Positions 48,420 through 60,560 of a DNA stretch of 64,000 nt are shown here, in pieces. The translations under genes and the position numbers were made by a program. Every line of letters begins with the position of its first letter. The stretch's first letter is position 1. This DNA comes from Balanoglossus misakiensis (taxonomy: Eukaryota > Animalia > Hemichordata): the NCBI GenBank assembly GCA_040954595.2, contig CM082583.2, positions 342,542 through 406,541 on the forward strand, given 5' to 3'. Under the pieces are notes generated by a model, which worked only from the letters and a program-made list of their open reading frames with translations, had not been told where the DNA came from and searched no databases.

Positions 48420-51083
48420 AACATGAACAGTGTTTCACAATTGTAAACAAACAACCTGTGTGAAACCAGGGTGTTCTTATTGATAATGATGGGGGAAGGG
48501 GGTTGTCAGTGATTACAAATTTTTGTGTCAGGTACTGTAGCTTGATATGAGAACTTTAAACTAACCTGCAGTATTAAAATGCTGCACCATGATGTGATTA
48601 ATTTCATTAATAATTTTACCAAGCATGTGTTCTTAAGGGAACAATGTTTCACAATCGTAAACAAACAACCTGTGTGAACCAATGTGTTCATAATGATGGG
48701 GTAGGGGGTTTCAGCTATTACAATTTTTTGTTTCAGGTACTGTAACTTGATATGAAAACTTTGAACTAATCTGCAGTATTAAAATGCTGCACCATGTTGT
48801 GTTGTACCATTAATAATTTTACTATGCTTGTGTTATTAAGTGAACAGTGTTTCACAATCGTAAACGAACAGCCAGTGTGGTAATGATCGGGGGTGGGGGT
48901 TGTCAGGGGTGGGGGGTGTCAGCGATTACAAATTTTTGTTTCAGGTACTGTAGCTTGATATGAAAACTTTGAACTAATCTGCAGTATTAAATTGCTGCAC
49001 CATGATGTGTTTTATCATTAATAATTTTGCCATGCTTGTCTTATTAAGTAAACAGTGTTTCACGATCATAAACAAACAATCTGTGTGAAACCAATGTGTT
49101 CTAATTGGTAATGATCGGGGGTGGGGGTTGTCAGTGATTACAAATTTTTGTTTCAGGTACTGTAGCTTGATATGAAAACTTTGAACTAATCTGCAGTATT
49201 AAATTGCTGCACCATGATGTGTTTTATCATTAATAATTCTACTATGCTTGTGTTAATTAAGTGAACAGTGTTTCACGAATGTAAACAAGTAACCAACGTG
49301 AAACCAAGGTGTTCTAATTGGTAATGATCGGGTGTGGGAGGTGTCAGGGTTGGGGGGGGTGTAAGTGATTACAATTTTTTGTTTCAGGTACTGTAGCTTG
49401 ATATGAAAACCTTGAACTAATCTGCAGTATTAAATGCTGCACCATGATGGGTTTTATCATTAAAAATTTTACCATGCTTGTGTTAATTAAGTGAACAGTG
49501 TTTCACAATCGTAAACAAACAACCTGTGTGAAACCATGGTGTTCTAATTGGTAATGATCGGGGGTGGGGGGTGTCAGGGTTGGGGGGTGTAAGTGAATAC
49601 AATTTTTTGTTTCAGGTACTGTAGCTTGATATGAAAACTTTGAACTAATCTGCAGTATTAAAATGCTGCACCATGATGTGTTTTATCATTAATAATTCTA
49701 CTATGCTTGTGTTAATTAAGTGAACAGTGTTTCACAATCGTAAACAAACAACCTGTGTGAAACCAAGTGTTCAAATTGATAATGATTGGGGGAGGGGGGT
49801 GTCAGCGATAATAAATTTTTGTTTCAGGTACTGTTGCTTGATATGAAAACCTTGAACTAATCTGCAGTATTAAAATGCTGCACCATAATGTGTTTTATCA
49901 TTAATAATTTGATTATGCTTGTGTTCTTAAGTGAACAGTGTTTCACAATCGTAAACAAACAACCTGTGTGAACCAAGGTGTTCATCATGATTGGGGGTGG
50001 GGGTGTCAGTGATCACAAATTTTTGTTTCAGGTACTGTAGCTTGATATGAAAACTTTGAACTAACCTGCAGTATTAATTAAAATGCTGCACCATATTTAG
50101 TGAACAGTGTTTCACAATCATAAACAAACAACCTATGTGAAACCAAGTGTTCTAATTGATAATGATGGGGGGAGGGGGATGTTAGTGATCACAAATTTTT
50201 GTGTCAGGTACTGTAGCTTGATATGAAAACCTTGAACTAATCTGCAGTATTAAAATGCTGCACCATAATGTGTTTAATCATTAATAATTTGACTATGCTT
50301 GTGTTCTTAAGTGAACAGTGTTTCACAATCGTAAACAAACAACCTGTGTGAACCAAGGTGTTCATCATGATCGGGGATGGGGGGTGTCAGGGGAGGGGGG
50401 TGTCAGTGATTACAAATTTTTGTTTCAGGTACTGTAGCTTGATATGAAAAGTTTGACCTAACCTGCAGTATTAAAATGCTGCACCATATTTAGTGAACAG
50501 TGTCTCACAATCGTAAACAAACAACCTGTGTGAAACCAAGTGTTCAAATTGATAATGATGGGGGGAGGGGGGTGTCAGCCATAATAAATTTTTGTTTCAG
50601 GTACTGTAGCTTGATATGAAAACCTTGAACTAATCTGCAGTATTAAAATGCTGCACCATAATGTGTTTTATCATTAATAATTTGACTATGCTTGTGTTCT
50701 TAAGTGAACAGTGTTTCACAATCGTAAACAAACAACCTGTGTGAAACCAAGTGTTCTAATTGATAATGATGGGGGGTGGGGGGTGTCAGGGGTGGGGGGT
50801 GTAAGAGATTACAAAGTTTTGTTTCAGGTACTGTAGCTTGATATGAAAACTTTGAACTAACCTGCAGTATTAATAAAATGCTGCACCATGATGTGTTTTA
50901 TCATTAATAATTTTACTATGTTTGTGTTATTAAGTGAACAGTGTTTCACAATCGTAAACAAATAACCTGTGTGAACCAAGGTGTTCATAATGATGGGGGT
51001 GGGGGTGCCAGCGATTCATAATGATGGGGGTGTCAGTGATTACAAATTTTTGTTTCAGGTACTGTAGCTTGATATGAAAACTT
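48420..51083. repeat. Tandem array, ~170-230-bp unit, about 13 copies
   Basis: TCAGGTACTGTAGCTTGATATGAAAAC recurs from about 48527 to 51055, with variable G-run segments. Confidence 0.95.
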
Positions 51084-51609
51084 CCAGACAGTGTTTGCAT
51101 TGAACCGGTAATTGTGATCACAATTGATGTGTCTCAAATGCATGATTTCTTTCCAGATTAAATAATATGATATAACATTGCATTGTATAACATTTATGTT
51201 CCAGATCTGTATTTAATTGTGTTTTAATACCATCCAGTCAGTTTCACCAACAGCTCATTGTCTAAATTCCCCCTTTTCATCAGTGAAGTTAGCACTCGTT
51301 TGAAAATTGGAAAATAATTTACATAACATGGCTGTTTGGAAATTGCAGTACTTTAGTAAAAGAACATTCAGAATTACTGGTGTATAATGTCAGCTATGCG
51401 TATAAAAAAATTGCCATTTGAAATTTTAATATTATAATATTCTTAGACTTAAAAATTTACAAACTGATAATAATAAACATATAATATTTTAGAGTATAAT
51501 ACAATCACCTCAGCTAGATTAACAAACTAGTGACTTTGTAGAATGCTGTTGGTTGACAGTTTCTGATTTTCATGGGTCATTCAACATTTTGATTTTATTT
51601 CTGTTAATG

Positions 51610-51707
51610 TTGGTGATGGTGTTGGCAGTTTTGATGTTAATTGTTATTGCTAGTTGTTATGGTGATGGCATTGATGGTTGTACTGATGTTGATGACGGTT
51701 GTGATGG

Positions 51708-51739
<32 letters not shown>

Positions 51740-51802
51740 GTGATGATGATGGCAATGATGGTGATGATGATTATGATGATGATGATGATGATGATAATGA
51801 TA
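51610..51802. repeat. (GAT)n microsatellite
   Basis: Direct observation. Confidence 0.9.
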
Positions 51803-52409
51803 AATAAGAAATGTGTTGTTTTCTCATTAATCCTCAGCCATGGAACTTAAATATTCTGCTGAATTTGTATTGATTAGTAGGCTTAGCTTTAAGTGATAAT
51901 TTAGTACTTATGTCTGATGATTTTAGGGAATAACTTTTGAAAACTACATTAATAATTTTGCAGTTTTTATCACTGTGTATTTTTCTTAAACCCACAACTG
52001 GGCATAAATTGTAATGGCAATTTTCCAGTAAGGAGCTAAACCCAGTGAATGGTATAGTTTAGCAATTACAATGTACATAATATATAGACAGGTGATAATT
52101 ACAGGAATAATTTTAAATTTGTAGAAATTTAGTCCCCCATAATGATTAGTTGACTGAGTACCGGTCCATGTTTCTCCCATAGAAATATAAATATTTTCAC
52201 ATTTTGTAAGTCTATTGGATAAATAAATAAGTTTATCAGATCCTAGAGTTTTACAATGGTTAATGTACATCAGATAGCTAACTACCCACCAGATTAAAAG
52301 GGAAAATACAATGTAAGTGTACCATAGGTAACATTAAACTCAACCAGTCTATGATAATCAATTAATATTTACTATTTATTATTTGTTGCAGGTGTTGGGG
52401 ATTGTTAGC

Positions 52410-53392
52410 AGCCAAGTTGGAGTTCATAGCAGTTAGTTATAATTGTCTATTTACACGTTTTTTCTCATTAGTTTCAGATTTCCATGATGCCCAATATCCT
52501 CCTGTCCAGATGCCAAGTTGGTAACCAGGTAACATGATTCCTATGGTGTGAGTATGCAAATTAATGGCTCATGGCTTGCAGTCATGTGACATCTCCGTGT
52601 CTCTTGTGATTTCCTGTACACGTTGCCCTAGTCGCCTTGAAACCAGAAACGACTGAGCACCCAACGAGAAATAATTATAGATTGGAGCCAAGTTGAAGTT
52701 CATAGCAGTCAGTAATAATTGTCTATTTACACAAATTTTCTCATTAGTTTCAGATTACCATGATGCCCAATATCCTCCTGTCCAGATGCCAAGTTGGTAA
52801 CCGGGTAACATGATTCCTATGGTGTGAGTATGCAAATAAATGGCTCATGGCTTGCAGTCATGTGACATCTCCGTGTCTCTTGTGTTATCCTGGACACTTT
52901 GCACTAGTCGCCTTTGAACCAGAAACAACTGAGCACCCAACGAGAAATAATTATGGATTGGAGCCAAGTTGAAGTTCATAACAGTCAGTTATAATTGTCT
53001 ATTTACACAATTTTTTCTCATTAGTTTCAGATTTCCATGATGCCCAATATCCTCCTGTCCAGATGCCAAGTTGGTAACCAGGTAACATGATTCCTATGGT
53101 GTGAGTATGCAAAATAATGGCTCATGGCTTGCAGTCATGTGACATCTCTGTGTCTCTGTGTTTTCCTGGACACTTTGCACTAGTCGCCTTTGAACCAGAA
53201 ACAACTGAGCACCCAACGAGAAATAATTATGGATTGGAGCCAAGTTGAAGGTCATAGCAGTCAGTTATAATTGTCTATTTACACAATTTTGTCTCATTAG
53301 TTTCAGATTTCCATGATGCCCAATATCCTCCTGTCCAGATGCTAAGTTGGTAACCAGGTAACATGATTCCTGTGGTGTGAGTATGCAAATTA
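52410..53392. repeat. 276-277-bp tandem repeat, about 3.5 copies
   Basis: TTTCAG|ATT(T/A)CCATGATGCCC at 52478, 52754, 53031 and 53307. Confidence 0.95.
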
Positions 53393-53419
53393 AATTTGAG
53401 TAACCAGCCATTGAAGTAC

Positions 53420-55695
53420 ATTACATTCATGAAGACAGGAGATCATCTCTGTCCATAGATATATTTTACCATTATGTTGTTTGACACAGAAATACTTATT
53501 AGCATATTTTCCATTTTTTGCAGAAAGGGGTATCTAGCTGTTGATCAAAATCTGCCAAACTAGATGTATATTCAAGCCTGTAAAACAGTACAGTAGTTTG
53601 CAAGGGTAACATAAGATAATTATTGTTCTTCTAAGATTTCCTTTACCCCATAGATGACAGCATAGAATTTAATTGCTCATTTTGGAGGGCAGTGTGTGAC
53701 TTATTGTATTGTCCATCCAGGAGATTATCCTTACATTTTACTGCCTTATTTTTTGACACTAAAATACTGTCATATTTTCCATTTTTGTAGATAATAGTTT
53801 CTCTCTGGTGATCAACATTGATGATCTGTCGAACTGGATGTGTGTACACATCTTGGTATTACTCGATCTTTCCGCAGCATTTGACACTGTGAACCATACC
53901 ATTTTACTCAATCGCTTAAGAGACCGCTTCGGTCTCTCAGATACTGTTCTCATGTGGTTTAAGTCTTACCTTTCCAATCGTAGTCAGTATGTACTTGTAA
54001 ATTCCACCCAATCACCTTTCTATCCGCTCGACACTGGGGTACCACAGGGATCAGTTCTTGGTCCCATACTTTTCAATATGTACACGTCTCCATTAGGTGA
54101 ATTAGTTCAAAGGCATGGTTGTCTTTATAGTTTTTTATGCAGATGACTCTTCACTTTATATGTCTTTTAGTAAAGACAACGCAGCAAGAACTGTTTCAAA
54201 TCTTGAACTTTGTATTTCTGATGTTAGGTTTTGGATGTCTGAAAACTTCTTGTGCTTAAACGATGATAAGACTGAATTTGTTATTTTCTCTGGTATTTTG
54301 GGTGATCTGTCTGCTAGAGGGATTTCAGAAATTCGTGTTGGCGATTCTCTGATTCCCGTCCATTGTCAGGCTAAGAGCCTTGGAGTGATCCTTGACTCTT
54401 GTCTGACAATGAAGCCACATATTGGACAGATCTGCCGCTCTGCCACTTTTAATTTACGTCGCATTGCGCTTATCCGCAAATATTTATCTCATTCAGCTAC
54501 AGAGCAATTAGTTCATGCATTCATTACGTCTCGAATTGATTCATGTAATTCACTTTTATTTGGGCTCCCGAAGTATTCAATCAACCGTATCCAACGCGTT
54601 CAGAATATTGCTGCTAGAATTGTAACTCGTTCTAAAATCACCTGTCACATCACTCCAATTTTGTATCAGTTGCACTGGCTACCTGTTACAGAGCGTATTG
54701 TTTTTAAGATGTTAGTTCTCATTTTTAAATCCATTCATAAACTTGGTCCAATCTATCTTTCTAGCATGACTAATCTATATGTTCCATGTCGCAATTTAAG
54801 GTCAGCTGATCAGTTCAAACTCTGCCCTGTTCGATCACGCACCAAGAGTTATGGTGATCGTGCTTTTACTGTTGCTGCTCCAATTCTTTGGAATAATCTT
54901 CCACTCACCATTCGCCAGGCACCAGACTTATCTGTTTTTAAATCAAATGTTAAAACTTTACTTTTTAAATCTGTTTTTTAGCCATTTGTTGTATTGTACT
55001 TTTGCTTTAAGCGTCATTGATCACATTTTTTTTGTGGATACTGACGCTATACAAATAAATTATTATTATTATTATTATTATTACATGCCTGTATTGCAGC
55101 CAATTGGTGTCTGAGGGTAACATATAAGATAATTCTTTTTCTCCTAAAGATTTCCTAGACCCCATAGATGAATGCATATAATTTAATTGCTCATTTTGGA
55201 GGGCAGTGTGTGACTTATTGTATTGTCCATCCAGGAGATCATCTGTCCATACATTTTACTGTCATGTTTTTTGACACTAAAATACTTTGTCATATTTTCC
55301 ATTTTTGCAGATAATGGTTTCTCTCTGGTGATCAACATTGATCTGTCGAACTGGATGTGTGTACATGCCTGTATTGCAGCCAAGTGGTGTCTGAGGGTAA
55401 CATAAGATAATTCTTATTCTGTTAAAGATTTCCTAGACGCCATGGATGACAGCATAGAATTTAATTGCTCATTTGGAGGCCCCTGTACAACGTATTGTAT
55501 TGTTCATGAAGACAGGAGATCATCTCTGTCCATATAGTTACATTTTGCCGTGCTGTTTGACACAGAAATACTTATTGGCATATTTTTCATTTTTGCAGAT
55601 AACAGTCACTGGTCCCTGTGATGAGTAATGTCTATCAACATAGATCTGTGCATGCTTGTACCGGTATAGCCGCCAAGCACTTCAAAGGTAACATA
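53420..55695. repeat. Diverged ~270-290-bp tandem repeat, about 4 copies, split by a LINE
   Basis: Shared TTGACAC(A/T)(G/A)AAATACT...CATATTTT..ATTTTTG(C/T)AG and GGTAACATA blocks, with AG ending at 53523, 53790, 55310 and 55598. Confidence 0.85.
53849..55081 (+). mobile_element. 5'-truncated L2/CR1-group LINE with one frameshift
   Basis: LLDLSAAFDT and GVPQGSVLGP (53808-54146 frame), then YADD...LHWLP (54115-54981 frame); (TTA)n tail. Flanked by TACA at 53845-53848 and 55082-55085; empty paralogous site GTGTGTACATGCC near 55360. Confidence 0.95.
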
Positions 55696-57079
55696 GCATT
55701 AACCTTACGGGCCACTGATAATAAAAGTCGATGCATTCCTTCATTTTACTTGATAGCAAGCCCCCCCTACTTGATAGCAACCCCCCCCCCCACCCCACCC
55801 CCTGAAATGCTCCTATACACATCCATATTATATAAAAACACTGGAAGTGCACATGGTCGGTATATACTGTGTGCTTCAGTCGGGATAAATATTCATCCAG
55901 CAATGCATGATGAACTGGGTCTGATTTTATAGCATTTATGCCCACAGCTGGTCTTTCCACTTATTCATAATTACTGTACAGAGAGAGGAGTCAACGCCAT
56001 ACTCGGAATACTGTAACTGATGTCCAATCCATCCTATTGCTTTCTCTTCCAATATGCATTCAACCAGTTCATTGCCTGATGAAAAACAGCAGATTTTTTA
56101 ACTTGTAGTTTCGCGGACTTCAATTCACTCTTTTGACGCGGGCTTATCTTCATTTGGTAGAGTTTTAAGGGAGTGTCACGCCAGACAAAAATACAAAAGT
56201 GGGGCCCAAGTGTGTTCTACCACCATATTACATAGTGATCAAGAAGTGACCTGATCAGATGTTGTCACATCCTGGGCCCCTTTTTTACCCATGTTCAGTG
56301 TTTGACAGGAGCATATTTTCCTTTCTGTGTGAATGTTGAATGTCTCTTATTTGCTGTAATCAATCAATCAATACAAGGTGAGTGTTATGTCGTCTTTCTG
56401 TGCATAGGCAAGAAGAGGATACATGTATGAATGCAGAAGCCCCAGTGAATCGGATGCAGAGAAGTTTCCTTCCAGGATGACTTTATTTTACTGACTTTGA
56501 TTCCATTGTCATTCCAAGAATAGAACTTCTCCCACGGGACGAAATTGAACATTAATCAATCCCTTCCTCATTTATATGATCTGTATTACAAATGTATTAT
56601 TCTGATAGCATTTTTTGTCATTGTGTCAGAGAGAGAGGGTTTAAGTAGGTTAAAACTAAATTGTACACTTCAGTTTGCCAACACTGCTAAATTATCACCA
56701 TGATTTATTCAGCATAACCTGAAGGTTGTTGAATCCTATAGGCACAATAAGCATTGCATGTAGCAAGCACTTAGTGTAAATTTACGTTAATTGCACAGGG
56801 TACAGTAGCCTTCAGGGGTTTACTGTTTAGCTTTGTAGCATAATTGCACCCACATATAAAGAAAAAGTCAAGTTAAGATATTAAAGCCGAATGGTAAACA
56901 GAATACAAAGGGTTTACAGCATTAGTCCTGTATTGATACAGAAAGCAAATATGACAATGAACAGTTGACCAACATTGAACATTTTTTGACTGGCTCTCTC
57001 TCTCTCTCTCTATAAACTTGGACGGTCATTTTTCCAGAATGTACTGGATATAGGCATGATTTACTAGTATTGTACATTT

Positions 57080-57341
57080 ATTCATCCATCCATCCATTCA
57101 TTCATACATACATACATACATACATACATACATACATACATACATACATACATTTATTCATTCATTCATTCACTCGTTCATTCATTCATTTATTTATATA
57201 TTTATTTGTGTCGTTGTATGTTTGCATGTACCCGTGTGTGTGTGTGTGTGTATGTATGTATGCATGTATGTATGTATGTATGTATGTATGTATGTATGTA
57301 TGTATGTATGTATGTATGTATGTATGTATGTATGTATTGTG

Positions 57342-57405
<64 letters not shown>

Positions 57406-57468
57406 CTGTCTGTCTGTCTGTCTGTATGTCTGTCTGTCTGTCTGTATGTATGTATGTATGTATGTATA
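57080..57468. repeat. Compound microsatellite (CATA)n/(CATT)n/(TG)n/(TATG)n/(TA)n/(TCTG)n
   Basis: Direct observation. Confidence 0.97.
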
Positions 57469-57486
57469 TTTCCAAAATTGTTGGAT

Positions 57487-58422
57487 GTCTCGGAGTACTC
57501 TCTGTGTTGTGTTTTCAAATTCCTATTCGAATTGTCGACATTTTTGGGTGTCTGTGACTACTCTCTCGTCACATTCTGGCCTCTGTGTTTGCTGTAGTTG
57601 TGTTTTCGAATTCTTATTCGAATTGTCGACATTTTTGGGTGTCTGTGGCTACTCTCTCGTCACATTCTGGCCTCTGTGTTTGCCGTGGTTGTGTTTTCGA
57701 ATTCATATTCGAATTGTCGACATTTTTGGGTGTCTGTGACTACTCTCTCGTCACATTCTGGCCTCTGTGTTTGCCGTGGTTGTGTTTTCGAATTTTTATT
57801 CGAATTGTCAACATTTTTGGGTGTCTGTGACCACTCTCTCGTCACATTCTGGCCTCTGTGTTTGCCGTGGTTGTGTTTTCGAATTCTTATTCGAATTGTC
57901 GACATTTTTGGGTGTCTGTGACTACTCTCTCATCACATTTTGGCCTCTGTGTTTGCCGTGGTTGTGTTTTCGAATTCATATTCGAATTGTCAACCTTTTT
58001 GGGTGTCTGTGACTACTCTCTCATCACATTTTGGCCTCTGTGTTTGCCGTGGTTGTGTTTTCGAATTCATATTCGAATTGTCAACCTTTTTGGGTGTCTG
58101 TGACTACATCTCGTCACATTTTGGCCTCTGTGTTTGCCGTGGTTGTGTTTTCGAATTCTTATTCGAATTGTCGACATTTTTGGGTGTCTGTGACTACATC
58201 TCGTCACATTTTGGCCTCTGTGTTTGCCGTAGTTGTGTTTTCGAATTCATATTCGAATTGTCAACATTTTTGGGTGTCTGTGACTACTCTCTCGTCACAT
58301 TCTGGCCTCTGTGTTTGCCGTGGTTGTGTTTTCGAATTCATATTCGAATTGTCGACATTTTTGGGTGTCTGTGACTACTCTCTCATCACATTCTGGCCTC
58401 TGTGTTTGCCATGGTTGTGTTC
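57487..58422. repeat. 91-bp tandem repeat, about 10 copies
   Basis: ATTCGAATTGTC(G/A)AC recurs every 90-91 bp; no unique spacers. Confidence 0.97.
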
Positions 58423-59189
58423 TTTCCGCGCCTAGGATGTTTTTGGTCATCTGATGAAGCTGGTTCTCTACAAGATCCCAAGAATCCCAAGATTGCAGTC
58501 CGTCTTCAAGCAATTTATGTTTTTGCGCGCGCGCGCGTGCGTCTGTCGCTTGCTCCGTTGTACTTTCCCATATTATAAATAAAGAATACGGTATGTATGT
58601 GTGTGCATTTTAAAATTTTTAGGATTTTATTATCTGTCTGTGTTCTTTTTCCTATGTTTTTAGGGTATGTCTTTAATGAATTTTTCCAATGGCTATAACA
58701 GATGAGAAGGTTTCAATTGCAATATGTTTTATAATACCATAGTTTAGCATGACTAACTTAATTTCATGATGAGAAAAATATTTCAATAAATACTTCAAGT
58801 CCTCTAAAACATGCAATAGATCCTTCAAGTCCAGTGTAGTTTCCTGGGATCAGTTCATTAGTTGGGGTTTTTTTGTTTGCGTAGTATTCAACAGTTAGAT
58901 ATGTTGGTATATCTATTTTATGGTCACGTCTTGCCCACTGAGTCTGTCGATAATCAATAGATTTTCCCCACATTGCTAGCGAGTCCCACACAACGACGGC
59001 CCCAATCAACAGACTCAGTGCACAAGTAGGTTCTTTAATATTACCTTAATGATTTTGCCTTTACTTGACATAATTAAGTATTTTCATATCACACTTTTAA
59101 TGCATTTGCATCGTTGCATGTATATGCATTGTGTGATTACTAGGTTTATAGTGCTTTGATTTTTGATGAATTTTTTTCTTTTTAAATAC

Positions 59190-60560
59190 ATAAATAATGT
59201 GTTTGCAGTAGCCATATAGGCATAATTGTTTTTTTTTGGCGGGGGGGGGGGGTATATTGGTGAATTTGCTCTTAAATTGAATAGCATTGAGCCTATGCAA
59301 CATGGCTTACAGGCAACACATTATTTAAACTTTGTGGACAATAAAAAAACTTCACATTGTGGAGTTTTCTTTATTTTATACACTTTTAGTTTTGAGTTAT
59401 TTAAACGCACATCTTTAGCCTTTTTCCTCAATGTTCGAGGGTCTTTAATGAACTTTTTTCCAATGGCTGTATCAGACGAGGTAATTTGCTTTGGCTTGAC
59501 ATTGCCAAGTATTTATGCATCGTCTGAGTGTTTGCAGTCCTTTGATTTTATTGATGAAAATTTCCTTTATAAGAACATAAATAATGTGTTTGCAGAAGCC
59601 ATGTATTCATAATTGTTTTGTTTTTTTGGGGGGGGCAGTAAATTCGCTAAAAAATTGAATGGCATGGAGATCATGCATCGTGGCTTACAGTCAACACATT
59701 ATTTACAATGATATACTTCTGTTTAAGAAGTTTTATACACATTCAGTTTTCAGTTATTTTACATTTTAACATTCCTCTTTTTCCTCAATTTAAGAGGGTC
59801 TTTCACATTTTCAAGTGACTTTATCAGATAAGATTTTAATTTGCTAAATAATGTGTTTGCAGAAGCCATAAATTCATAATTGTTTTGTTTGTATTTCGGG
59901 GGGAGGGTAGTAAATCAGTAAATTTGCTCATAAATTGAATGGCATGGAGATCATGCATCATGGCTTACAGGCAACACATTATTTACAATGATATACTTCT
60001 TTTCAAGAAGTTTTCTCTATTTTATACACATTTAGTTTTCAGTTATTTTACATTTGAACATTCTTTTTTTCCTTAATTTAAGAGGGTCTTTCACATTTTC
60101 AAGTGACTTTATCAGATAAGATTTTAATTTGCTAAATAATGTGTTTGCAGAAGCCATATATTCATAATTGTTATGTTTGTATTTCGGGGGGAGGGTAGTA
60201 AATCAGTAAAAATGCTCATAAATTGAATGGCATGGAGATCATGCATCATGGCTTACAGGCAACACATTATTTACAATGATATACTTCTTTTTAAGAAGTT
60301 TTATACACATTCAGTTTTCAGTTATTTTACATTTTAACATTCCTCTTTTTCCTCAATTTAAGAGGGTCTTTCACATTTTCAAGTGACTTTATCAGATAAG
60401 ATTTTAATTTGCTAAATAATGAGTTTGCAGAAGCCATATATTCATAATTGTTTTGTTTTGTTTGTATTTCTGGGGGAGGGTAGTAAATCAGTAAATTCGC
60501 TCATAAATTGAATGGCATGGAGATCATGCATCATGGCTTACAGGCAACACATTATTTACA
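59190..60560. repeat. ~270-290-bp tandem repeat, 4-5 copies (first longer and diverged)
   Basis: ATAATG(T/A)GTTTGCAG at about 59194, 59581, 59848, 60136 and 60416. Confidence 0.9.

Noticed and set aside
52560-52665. C/D snoRNA or SECIS in the 276-bp repeat
   Set aside because: CTGA is present but there is no canonical RTGATGA C box, and the SECIS ATGA core is missing.
53680-53722. Hairpin containing GGCAGTGT resembling miR-34
   Set aside because: The match is limited to the seed-like 8-mer and the hairpin is too short for a canonical pre-miRNA.
57487-58422. 91-bp array as CRISPR or as coding repeats (ORFs 57585-58435)
   Set aside because: No variable spacers; the same peptides rotate through frames because 91 is not a multiple of 3.
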